This document shows positions 1 to 11,298 of a DNA stretch of 64,000 bases, in pieces. Each line of letters opens with the position of its first letter. Position 1 is the stretch's first letter. The notes beneath the pieces are model-generated. The model saw only the letters and a list, made by a program, of their open reading frames with translations. It did not search any database and was not told the origin of the DNA. The DNA is from Vezdaea acicularis (Eukaryota), in the NCBI GenBank assembly GCA_026025075.1, contig JAPEUI010000023.1, positions 62,001-126,000 on the forward strand. Direction: 5' to 3'. Position numbers and translations under genes: made by a program.

Positions 1-86
1 TCCTTCTCCACCGCGGCTATCTCCCCGTCCTTGCGCTTCCCCAAGACCCAAGAGAAAAAGCATGGTCCCTCTAAATCAGAGCAGCT

Positions 87-3000
87 CTTGGCATCGGCCT
101 TCGCAAAGGAGGTTTGAGACAGACGCTCTATTCTAGAAGGTAGGGTAATCCCCCGTACCTCCTAGCCATTCGGCCAAGAAGGTATACGCGTCCCAATATA
201 TCCCCACCCCAGGGAGATGCAATCTGATTTCCCCCGGCTGCATCCCTACTGATGCCCGCGATGATCTGCGCCGGGGGGGAAGGGTGTGATATTGCCTCGC
301 GCTAGGATGTTGTCGCTGCTAGAAAGAGAGAAAGCATGGCATGTCACAACATTACTTGGCAGCGACCTAACCCGCACAGACCACAAGGCGGATGCGGGAG
401 AGGAAGGGGGGGGGGTCTCAGATCTATCTCCCCCGCCAAGAACAACGATCAACGACGACGAGAAGAGGAAAGGAGATTACAGCCAAGCAACGATGGATGA
501 GGGAGAGATGCGCGTCAACTCTTCTTCCAGTCATTAAATCCCATGCGTAACACCAGTAAGTGAACACCACACCCCCCCCCCCCCTCCCCTGGGCAGCCCC
601 GAGGAGAGACAAGCGCAGCCGCAGACTCGAGCGGGTATGCCACACGCGCCAAGTGCCGCGCCAAGCCCTTGGAACTTTCTTGGCCCGCAGCCGCGATCTG
701 CCATCGAAAGTTACCCCGTAAACAGGATGAAACGGGTTGAGGTCTGTGCGGGGGCATTGGAGCGGGTCGGGTGGGCGGGGTGCGGGGGGGTCTGTGCTTT
801 TGGGGAGGTTTCAGGTGGGGAGAGGTTTGGGGTTTGGGCGGGATGGGGGATTGTGAAGAGGGGTGTGGATCTTGGGTAAGGGGGGTGATCGTGGGGTTAT
901 GGCGGGTTGACAGGGGGAGGGGAGGACGATGGAGGAAGTGGAGGGGAGAGAGACTTGGCATTGAGTTGGAAAAGAAGAATACGTAGAATGTGTAAATCGG
1001 GAGTAAACGAGTCGTGAATCTGTAAAAACCTACAAGAAAAAAAGTAGCCAATAAGCGTACAGCCTATTCGAAGAACATCCCAAAGGAGTAGAGTCGCTCA
1101 GCAGACAAAAGTACCAGGGCCAAACGCGACATCATCCCCCAAAGCAGAAACCCGCAATCTCACCCAAGCACCGAAAAGGGCACCGAAGACCCAATTTCTC
1201 CCTCCTGACCAATACCAGGGGGCCTTGAGGCAAAAACCCGATGTGCTTATCATCCGCACCGCAATACGTCCACCTCAGCAGACCAGACACGCATCCCCAA
1301 AGCGTCGAGCTAGCGCGCTAGCGATGCTGCGCTGGGATATTTCCTTCTGATTGGCCAGCGATAATGGGGGGGGAATTGGGTTTCGGTGGGCCGGGATGGG
1401 GAAAAAGCTTGGTGGTGTGGGCGCTCTTTGGGAGGTGTGGAGACGAGGCATTTTCGGGCGACGGCGGTCGGAGGATTCGGCCGTGGCATGGTTTTTTATG
1501 CTGGGTTATGCTGGCACGCTCCCGGTTTCGCTGAGGAGGAGGAGGAGGCTTTGTGTAAGGGAGGCCCGGAAGGGTGATATCGCTGCTGCGAGGAGAGATT
1601 GCTGCTGCTGCTCTTTCACTTTCTCTCTACACAATGGGTAGAGCTGGAAGGGAAGAGGCGTGCGGTGCATCATCATCATCGTGTCATCATCCTAGTTGGC
1701 ACCCACGGGGTTTCTTTGTGCAGGGACTGTGCCGGCTTGGCGGGCGAGCTAGCTGATTGGCGCACGCAGCTGGATGCAAATGCACAATCGGCCTTGCGTG
1801 CGAAGCTACCACTCGGCTGCATGCATGCCAAGAGCCGTTTTGAAGGAGAACTTTGAAGAACTTTGATATTCGGGGTTCGGCGCGGATGTCGTATTTGTTG
1901 TCGTGGAGAGGATGGAACGGCGTTCTCCTAAGATAGAATGAAGACCCCTCGAAGAGGCATGTCTGGAAGGTACATTTTGCCTTTACATGCGGATGAGATT
2001 CTCGCTGCCTTGAGGGTATCGTTCAGTCATGGGGAATTTACGGGAACGTATAGAGGTTCTCGGAGACGGAAGCTAGGAGAGACACATAGTGTAGGAAAAA
2101 ATTGAAAAAAAAGGAGGGAAAGGACAGCTTGGTAGGGCACAGTGCCAGTCGATTGCAACTCGCATGGGCTCGTGTGCTTCGTATCTTGTGCGAGCGACAG
2201 ATGCAGGTGTACGATGGCTGGGGCTCGGATACGATGCCGGCCGGAAAAACTTTGCAGCGGGCCGAAAGCGAAAAGGCCGGATATGCGAGAAGCGCGAGGG
2301 TTTTTCGCCATAGGCGGCCGCGACGCCTCTCTGGATTTGCATTGATTCTGGCAAGGGAGACCTCGAACAGTCGCCGTGCCTTTATTTCGCGATCCTTCGA
2401 TGCGGCGGCATCGCCAATCGAGCTTTTTTCAATAGCTCCAAAAGTCTCACCGGCCCCACGCTGTGCCCGATACGGTGCTCGTTCGTGAAGCCGCCGCGAT
2501 CTCGGCTCGACACCGGAAGCACCGCTGGGTACGTGAGGAGATTAGGGTGGAGCAAGCAGCAGACAAAGCAACACCTCACCGCCCGCGACGAGGTCATCCA
2601 CCACCGACCAAAGCGGATCGTGGGAGTTGCAGACACGTTACGGTCAGCCGTATAGACCAACCGTCATCCAAGGAAAAGGGTTTATTTCGCGCAAGGCGGC
2701 GCAGAGTCGGGTAAGGCCCATAAGGCTGTTCTGGAGCAGGTCCAGCGCAGGCGGGCCTTGGCGTGGTGCACCAGGACGCGGACGGAGCCGCTGCCAATCT
2801 TCCACAGCGCCGTCCTCACCTGGCGTGTGACCGAGCTATGGGATTGTTTTGTCTCCGCCCACAGTGACGCTCCGGAATTAAATTTTACGTCCTGCTGGTT
2901 GGCTGCACGATCGCGCATGGACTCCGCCTTTAGAGCATTCCTTTTCCGAAAAGAAAACAAAACGTGGAATGGAAGGGAACGATCCGGTCGGCAGGAGGAC

Positions 3001-4103
3001 CAACCAGCATGTGCGCAATGGGAATCGGCGGCGCGCTGGGAGAGGTTGAATTGACATGGCCTTTGCATGCCGACGAGGCCGCCCCGAGAGCTTCCCGCCG
3101 ATCTATGGCATCATTGGCCAATGGCCCCCCCAACGCTGAACCCCACGCGGCCGCCACCAACGTACCGCGACACTTCCCCATCGCTGGTGGAGGGCCGCTG
3201 CAGCGCCGAAGACGTTGCCCCCCAAGCGCGATTTTGTTTGATGCTGCCGGACGCTGGACAGACTTTCTCCTCCTCATCCTGGGCTCACTTGTGTTCAGCC
3301 AAGGCCGGGCGGAGGGGCCTCATGCTGTGCAGCGAGGCCACGAGAAATGACTAGACTGGCTTTTTCGCATGGGCGTGACACGAAGTGGTTGACGATTAGC
3401 GGATGCCTGTTTCGTGTTTCGACCAGAGCGCCTCTACCACAGGACGGACCGGTGGGAGAGGACGCTGCGAACTGTCCTCGGCTTGCAAGCGTGTGGAGAG
3501 AGCTGGGGTTAGAGGTCGAGAGGCGCCGTGGATCTGAAGGGAGAGGGAGACGACGATGCTCCACTGCACCGACTGCTATCAGAACGGCGGTAGGAAGGCA
3601 TCTACCAACTTCCGGGCCGAACGGAGCATTCTGCCTGTGATGGTGATGGGGGATGATATGGGGAGGCTCGTGGAAAGAACCGGTGCTCCGCAACGAAATG
3701 AAAAACCCGTGGAAAAAGAGTGAGCGAGTGGAAAAGAGATGTCACGGAGCAGGCAAATGATTGCCGCTTTCTCCGCAGCGGATGCTGTTACCCAGTGCGA
3801 ATTGGGAAAAAAGAGGACCTTTAAATTTTCTTTTTTCCATTGGTTTTGCTTTCTGCGTCTGTGTCTCTGCTCCGGCTACGGCATTCGTACCCATTCGCAG
3901 CCCATTCGCACGACGCCATCACCTCATGCCCAGCGCAACAGCAGCCTCTGCCAGCGCCGATTGTTCCCATATTCTGCGCACTGGAGTCGTGCGGGTTGGA
4001 ACGGCGGCCGCGTTGACTGGTGGCCCAGCGAGTGACGAGGCCCCGTCGGGCCCCATGCCGGGACCACACTGGGCCCACCGCCCCGCCGTAGCTAGTGCTT
4101 GGC
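87..4103. promoter_or_regulatory. Cluster of PacC/Rim101 consensus sites (GCCARG) upstream of PMA1
   Basis: Sites seen at 87, 173, 355, 435, 482, 648, 660, 954, 1736, 1827, 2757, 2819, 3298 and 4098 on both strands. 13 of 14 are GCCAAG. Confidence 0.5.
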
Positions 4104-4208
4104 AGGATCACGGAAGCCGCGAGAGGGCGAGAGCTCGCGCACATATAGCTCGATCAGACCCCTCCACCACCCCGTTGCATTCTGCTGCTTCCGTTGATCC
4201 CGCACAAC

Positions 4209-4244
4209 AAGAGAGAGAGTGAGAGGACGAGAGAGAGAGACGAG
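4209..4244 (+). repeat. Imperfect (GA)n microsatellite in the PMA1 leader
   Basis: aagagagagagtgagaggacgagagagagagacgag. Confidence 0.7.
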
Positions 4245-4357
4245 CAGCAGACGTCGATTGCTTCCCCGACAGCAATCGAGAGCGACGCCGCGAACAGGCC
4301 GAGGGCACCGCTCGAGCACGACCGAGAGCGCAGACCGCGAGCGGACCGTCCACACTG

Positions 4358-5009
4358 GTAAGTGCCGTCCGCCGTTTCTCGTTGTTGCCCTTCCACCTCC
4401 CGCGAGCTCGTTGGGCTTGTCCTGTCGTCGGTCGTCTGTCGGCACAGCTGGTCGTTCTGCTCTCGGCAGCTGCGTCCCACACCATTTTTCCGCTGTCGCA
4501 GCGCCATCAGCAGCTCCACCGGCCACAACCCTCCTCAACACCCCGCTTTTTATCAATTGCTTCCTCTTCATCTCCATTTCCCCCCTCCCTCGCTCACCAC
4601 GAAGCTAATTGCCACGGCCGCGCCGACAACAGCTTCATCAATCCCCTCTCCACTCCACCACCACCCCCCGCTAGCTCGCCATCGGTCAATTGGGAAAGTG
4701 AGGCGAAGCGAGAACAGCTCTACCCTGTCGCCGAGCGGAGTTGCCAGCCAGACACAGATAGGCTAAGACGCGAGACGCAAGACAAGCAATAGGTGAGTGC
4801 GGCACCTGCAGATCAGAGCGGCGGACAGAACGAACAGAACGTCAACGAGAGAGAGAGCGAGAGAACGCCCCCCAAAGCACTCGCCATCTTCTCTGCGTCC
4901 ATTCTTCCGCCCTGTCGCGCTCCGACGCCGTTCTGTCTGCTGCCCGCGGCCCGCGTACTTCCGCGAGCTCAGACCAATTGCACCGTCGACTGACCCCAAC
5001 CGACCACAG
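4358..5009 (+). other. Two predicted 5'UTR introns of PMA1 (4358-4632 and 4793-5009)
   Basis: GTAAGT..GCTAAT..CAG and GTGAGT..ACTGAC..CAG. I see no ATG in the spliced leader from about 4150 to 5204. Confidence 0.65.
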
Positions 5010-5204
5010 TTCCTCTAGCTCGCTCTACCGAAATTACTACAAGAGCTCCCACCCGGCGACCGTCATCCTCTTTTCCCTGCCCACAACACCGACAACGCGA
5101 CTCAATTCCAGCCGCTGCGCGCACGCTGCTCGCCTCTCCCCTTCCCTTTCCCATCCGGCCCTCCCATCCGTCGTCGACAACTCTCTCACGGACCGATCGC
5201 AGCG

Positions 5205-8200
5205 ATGGCCGATCACGAAGCACCCCACGAGACGTCCACGTCGTCGGACGCAACTCCACCCAATCACCTCGGCACCGACGTGCCCTCTGGTCACCTCGAC
5301 GAGAAGCACGGCGAGAAAGGTCACCACGGCCATGGTTTCGATGCCGCCCACCCGGTCAAGGGCTCCAATAAGGCGGCCGAGGCGGGCGACGATGATGACG
5401 AGGACGAGGACATCAACGCATTGATCGATGAGCTCGAATCGCAAGATGGCCATATCGACGAAGAAGAGGACGAGGAGGATAACCGACCCGGCGGGGAGGT
5501 CAAGATCCCGGAAAATATGCTCCAAACCGACACTCGTATCGGTCTTACCGATGCCGAAGTCATCAACCGGAGAAAGAAGTTCGGTCTCAATCAGATGAAA
5601 GAAGACAAGGAGAACTTGATCCTCAAATTCCTCGGATACTTCGTTGGACCCATTCAATTCGTCATGGAGGTACGTGATTCCCATTGTCATCATCAATCGC
5701 TCTTTACCTGGCAATTCATCATGTCCTCGCCCGTTGGAGCTGGTGATCTGCTGATAAGTGTTTTCTTCGTTGCTGACGCGTGTCTTTTGATAGGCGGCCG
5801 CTATCCTTGCTGCTGGTCTTCAGGACTGGGTCGATTTCGGTGTCATCTGTGCCCTGCTCCTCCTCAACGCCTCGGTCGGTTTCATCCAGGAATTCCAGGC
5901 CGGTTCAATCGTCGACGAACTGAAGAAGACCCTTGCGCTGAAGGCGAACGTACTTCGTAACGGACAACTCATCGAGTGTGAAGCTCCCGAGGTCGTTCCC
6001 GGCGACATCCTCCAGATTGAAGAAGTAAGTCTGCTCGGGTGGCTTGGCACGCCAATCCTTGATAGCTGACTTTTTACCAAGGGTACAATTATTCCCGCCG
6101 ATGGTAGAATCGTAACCGAGGACGCCTTCTTGCAAGTTGATCAGTCCGCCATCACCGGTGAATCTCTCGCCGTTGACAAGCACCTTGGCGATCAGTGCTA
6201 TGCTTCCTCCGGTGTCAAGCGTGGAGAATGCTTCATCATCATCACTGCCACAGGTGACAGCACCTTCGTCGGTCGTGCCGCAGCGCTTGTCAACGCCGCT
6301 AGCGGTGGCACCGGGCATTTCACTCAAGTGCTCAACGGTATTGGAACTGTTCTGTTGATTCTCGTCATCTTCACCCTCCTCATCGTCTGGGTCGCTTCCT
6401 TCTACCGCTCCAACGGCATCGTGATTATCCTCGAGTTCACTCTGGCTATCACGATCATTGGTGTCCCTGTCGGTCTGCCCGCCGTCGTGACAACCACCAT
6501 GGCTGTCGGTGCTGCCTATCTGGCCAAGAAGAAGGCTATCGTTCAGAAGCTTTCCGCTATCGAATCTTTGGCCGGTGTCGAAATCCTCTGCTCCGACAAG
6601 TAAGGCGATTCGTTCACATTCTAGCTGAACCGTGTGACTAATGATCTCTTCTCTAGGACTGGAACTTTGACCAAGAACAAGCTTTCTCTCGCTGAACCGT
6701 ACACGGTTGCTGGCGTAGAGCCAGAAGACCTCATGCTTACGGCTTGCCTGGCTGCATCCCGGAAGAAGAAGGGGCTCGACGCTATCGACAAGGCTTTCTT
6801 GAAGTCGCTTAGATACTATCCGCGTGCCAAGGCTACCTTGACCAAGTACAAGACCATCGAGTTCCGTCCATTCGACCCCATCTCGAAGAAAGTCGTCGCC
6901 ATTGTCCAGTCACCTCAGGGTGAGACCATCACCTGCGTCAAGGGAGCTCCTCTTTTCGTCCTTAAGACCGTCGAGGAGGATCATCCCGTCGCAGAAGAGG
7001 TTGATGCCGCCTATAAGAATAAGGTCGCCGAGTTTGCTTCCCGTGGTTTCCGTTCGCTCGGTGTCGCACGCAAGCGCGAAGGCGGGGAATGGGAAATTCT
7101 CGGAATCATGCCCTGCGCCGACCCTCCTCGACACGATACTGCCCGGACCATCAATGAGGCCAAGACTCTTGGTCTCTCCATCAAGATGTTGACTGGTGAT
7201 GCCGTCGGAATTGCGCGTGAAACCTCTCGTCAGCTCGGTCTGGGTACTAACGTCTACAATGCTGAACGTCTCGGTCTCGGCGGTGGTGGCGAGATGCCCG
7301 GTTCGGAAGTCTACGATTTCGTCGAGGCTGCTGATGGTTTCGCCGAAGTGTTCCCTCAGCACAAGTACAACGTCGTCGAGATTCTACAACAACGTGGCTA
7401 CCTCGTGGCTATGACTGGCGACGGTGTCAACGACGCCCCATCCTTGAAGAAGGCTGATACTGGTATTGCCGTCGAGGGTGCCTCTGACGCCGCCCGCTCT
7501 GCCGCTGATATCGTCTTCTTGGCCCCTGGTCTCTCTGCTATTATTGACGCTCTCAAGACCTCCCGACAGATTTTCCATCGTATGTACGCCTACGTCGTCT
7601 ACCGTATTGCCCTATCCCTTCACTTGGAACTTTTCCTTGGTCTCTGGATTGCGATTCTTAACGAATCGCTCAACATCAAGCTGGTCGTCTTCATCGCCAT
7701 TTTCGCCGACGTTGCCACCCTTGCCATCGCTTACGATAACGCTCCTTTCTCCAAGACTCCCGTCAAGTGGAACTTGCCCAAGCTATGGGGGATGTCCGTC
7801 CTTCTCGGTCTTGCGCTTGCCATCGGTACCTGGATTGCCCTTACGACCATATTAGCAAACGGCGAGAGCGGTGGTATTGTACAGAACTTTGGAAAACGTG
7901 ATCCGGTGCTATTCCTTGAAATCTCGCTTACTGAGAATTGGCTCATTTTCATCACCCGCGCTAACGGGCCTTTCTGGTCATCCATCCCATCCTGGCAATT
8001 GTCCGGCGCTATCCTCGTCGTCGACGTCGTCGCTACTTTCTTCACCCTGTTCGGCTTCTTCGTCGGTGGTCGAACATCCATCGTTGCCGTCGTCCGTATC
8101 TGGATCTTCTCCTTCGGTGTCTTCTGCATCCTGGGTGGTATCTACTATATCCTCCAGGACAGCTCCGGGTTTGACAACCTCATGCACGGAAAGTCGCCGA

Positions 8201-8352
8201 AGAAGAACCAGGCCAAGAGGACGATGGAAGATTTCGGTAAGTCTCTAGCTTTTTTGAATATTGCACGCTATAGAATGATCTGGGTTGCTAACTTGCGCAC
8301 GCTAGTCGTCTCGATGCAACGTGTATCCACCCAGCATGAGAAGAGCTCATAG
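5205..8352 (+). CDS. PMA1: Plasma membrane P-type H+-ATPase. Exons 5205-5669, 5794-6024, 6082-6599, 6657-8236, 8306-8352
   Basis: Motifs TGES, CSDK|TGTLT (split by an intron), KGAP, MLTGD and [15 protein letters not shown]-terminal regulatory tail [17 protein letters not shown] introns with branch sites restore the frame. Confidence 0.98.
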
Positions 8353-9233
8353 TAAAAGTGGTATCGCCTGGATTGGGCTTTGTTGCGATTGTCATCAAAC
8401 GGATTCGTAGGGGTATCGTGGCGCTGCAGAGGCACATAGAAAGTACCGGGCTGGCTCTTCGTTTCTCCCACCACATGTACATTGCGAAGATTTTCGACTC
8501 GTGTGTTATCATGACCCTCAAACATTCACTTTACTACTACTGAAATCCAAATTTTTTCCCTGTTTGGAACCGGAGCATGGTGGTCGTGCTGTAAGTTAAT
8601 TGATATTGAGCCTTGCAATACAGCTACCGTGGTGGCATCCACTCTCTTTTCCCATCATTCTGTATCCCCCTTTCTCCCATTCCCTCCTTAAGACCGCCCC
8701 TCCCCGCCCCCGGCACAATCGACCGTCCTACCTCATACTCCCTCATCCACACCGACTCCGACGCCGCAAGTAAAGCGGCCTCCACATCCCCACCCGAAGC
8801 CGTGCAGATATGAGCGCACTGGTGCCTTCTGCGTCTGACACTGCTGTTCGGTCTAGCCGTGCTTGTCTTCCCGGGGGGGGGGTCCTCTTCTTGTCCGGTG
8901 CTTGATTGATAGATATATGAGTTCTGCTTGGGAGGGGGAAGGTAGGGCATGGAGAGGGGGTTGAGTGGTATATATTTGCTCTGGATGAGTTATGGTAGTC
9001 ATTCCGCGTAGCCAACTACCCCTCATGCGCCCCTCCCCCCTTTTCCGCGAGTCTGCGAAATTCCGCGAACCCCGGGGTCTCGCTCCGCTCCGCTCGCTTC
9101 GCTGCCCCACCTCCTCACTCTTTCCCGAAAACATAGAAAAAACATCCTGGACCCAAGTCTTACCCTTTCTCCCCACCTGCCACTTCCAGCACGCCGAACT
9201 ACGCATTGCAAGGGAAAGAAGAAATGCTGCGTC

Positions 9234-11160
9234 ATGGCTTCCACCAGGTCAAACAACGGCAACGGCAATGTCCGGCAGATCCCGGGCTTCTACTTTGATC
9301 CGGAGAAGGGCAAATATTTCAAGGTTCAGCCACATCATAAGGTCCCGCAGGGCGTGAAGTATTCGAGGGAGAAGGTCATGGCGACGGGGAGGGCTGAGGC
9401 GGTGAGTTCTTGCCTTTGAAGGTTTTTGGCGGGGCGGGGGAGGGGGAAGAGACGGGTTGTCTTAAAGCCCGTTAGACATTTCACACATAAGAATTCTTAC
9501 TTTGAGAGTGAACCGAACTCCTGGGCTAACGTCTTCTTTGGGACTACAGAAACGGAAACGGGACAGCAAGAGCTTATACAAGCCGGCCGTCGCCATTCGC
9601 AGACCAGCAGGATGGGCAGAATCGCCCTTGAACCAGCTCATGCTGCGGGAATTGGGCGTATTCAAGCCACGAGATCTCGCTCATTTCAAGAGTAGTGTCT
9701 TTGCCAAAGAACTGGGGGCATCGGGGCCTTCTTGGGTTTTTCGAGGAAACCAAATGGCTATGCAGCCCGGTCATCCCGTTGTGCAGAGGTTCGCTTGGGA
9801 TCGTGCTACCCGCCGCTGGATCATCGGGGCCGAGACGAATCTCAGGGGTCAATCTGGTTATGAGATAATGTGAGTTTCGTTGTTGCCTGCAGTGATTGTT
9901 CGTGAGAGTGCGGGATGTACTGGACCACTCCTTCGTGTCTATGAGTTCACTCTAGAGGATACTCTTTGAGTCTACGCCAGAGGTTGCTGAAGGTCTGGTC
10001 AAGCTCTTTGGCTTTTGCCATGGATGACAGTGTATCACTTTAGCGACTCAGATGGAGTCTCTCTAGGCTAGACATCAGAGGTTGTCGTTGGATGACACCT
10101 AACTCGTTGAAAATATTACCTACTTATTCATCCCTAAATCTAGAAGCTTGCGATCCAGCGTCATGGTATCCTTACCAGCTCACCTCAAGGCATGCTGGCG
10201 CCCTTGCTGATAGAGATACGCAGAATCGCCGATATGGATCAGCCATTCGCCGCCACGTTGGCAGGACGTATCGACAAGAGAAGCTTCAGTGCAATAACCA
10301 CAGTTGCCCTGGGCGGGTTCCTAGAATCCCGGTTCTCATCTGTCCTGGTGACCCCCTCGAGGACATGTCTCACGTCGAGCGTCGAAGGACCTGTTGTAAG
10401 CTTTCGACTTCCCGCTGACTACAATGTGCACGGCGCCTTGCACGCAGATTTACTCTGGGCACCATCAGTCGTTCGACCATCGTTAACTCCCCTAAGGCCC
10501 TTTCTACCAGTCTGGTCCGTGGCCCACTCCTCCACATGGAAACTCTTCGGTATCTGTGCCCAAGACGGCGTCTTCCTCCACCACGAGGCGAATCTTTCTC
10601 CAAGTGGCCCCCCCGTCCGCTCCTGGCCCTCCGACGTCTTCCGCATGGAATTCTTCGAAGCCTCCCACTGCTTCGCCAGCGGGCGCCGGAGCGGCATCCT
10701 CGAGATCCACGACATGCGCGACACGCGGAGCCACGTGGCCCAAACCGGCCATCCAGGCGCCATCATAGGCATCAAGAAACTCCGCGGCGACGCCCTCGTC
10801 GTCTGCGGCCTCAACGACCGCATGTGCACCTACGACATCCGCACCATGCGGCCCTACACGGAGTTCAAAGCGTACCACAACGACTGCCTCCTCCCAGCCG
10901 GCATCGCCGTGAACGAGGACTACGGCGTCCTCGCCGCCGTCGCGAATGATCCGGCGTGTCCCGTCCAGGTCTTCTCGCTCGACTCCGGAAAGGAGCTCAA
11001 GACCGGCTTGCCCCCTCATGTCGTCTCTGTCGTGCCCGAGCAGATTGAGTTTGTCGTGCAGCGAGAGGGGGCGCAGCCCTCGCTCGTGATGGCGGCGGAG
11101 GATATGCTCATGAGCTTCGATTACGAGGTCCCGGAGACGTACCGCGCTAATAGGGGGTAA
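9234..11160 (+). CDS. DCAF4/WDR21-like WD40 protein (candidate CUL4-DDB1 substrate receptor). Exons 9234-9401 and 9550-9869; middle exons uncertain; last exon ends 11160
   Basis: N-terminal IPGFYFDPEKGKYFK resembles the DCAF4/Wdr21 signature. The C-terminal WD-like segments contain DxR motifs (IHDMR, TYDIR). Confidence 0.7.
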
Positions 11161-11298
11161 AATGTCGTGCTCTACGAGATTTGGACGGGCCATAGGATAG
11201 GGTTGTAAGATAGCGTTAGATATAATGCACTAAGATACTTCATCAACACCCAACAAGCCAACCCCCCCACCCCCTCCCCCAAGACATTCTCCTCTCTC

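Noticed and set aside
246..4999. Many 60-180 aa ORFs upstream of PMA1
   Set aside because: Low-complexity, overlapping in all frames and with no recognisable domains. Consistent with GC-rich regulatory or leader DNA.
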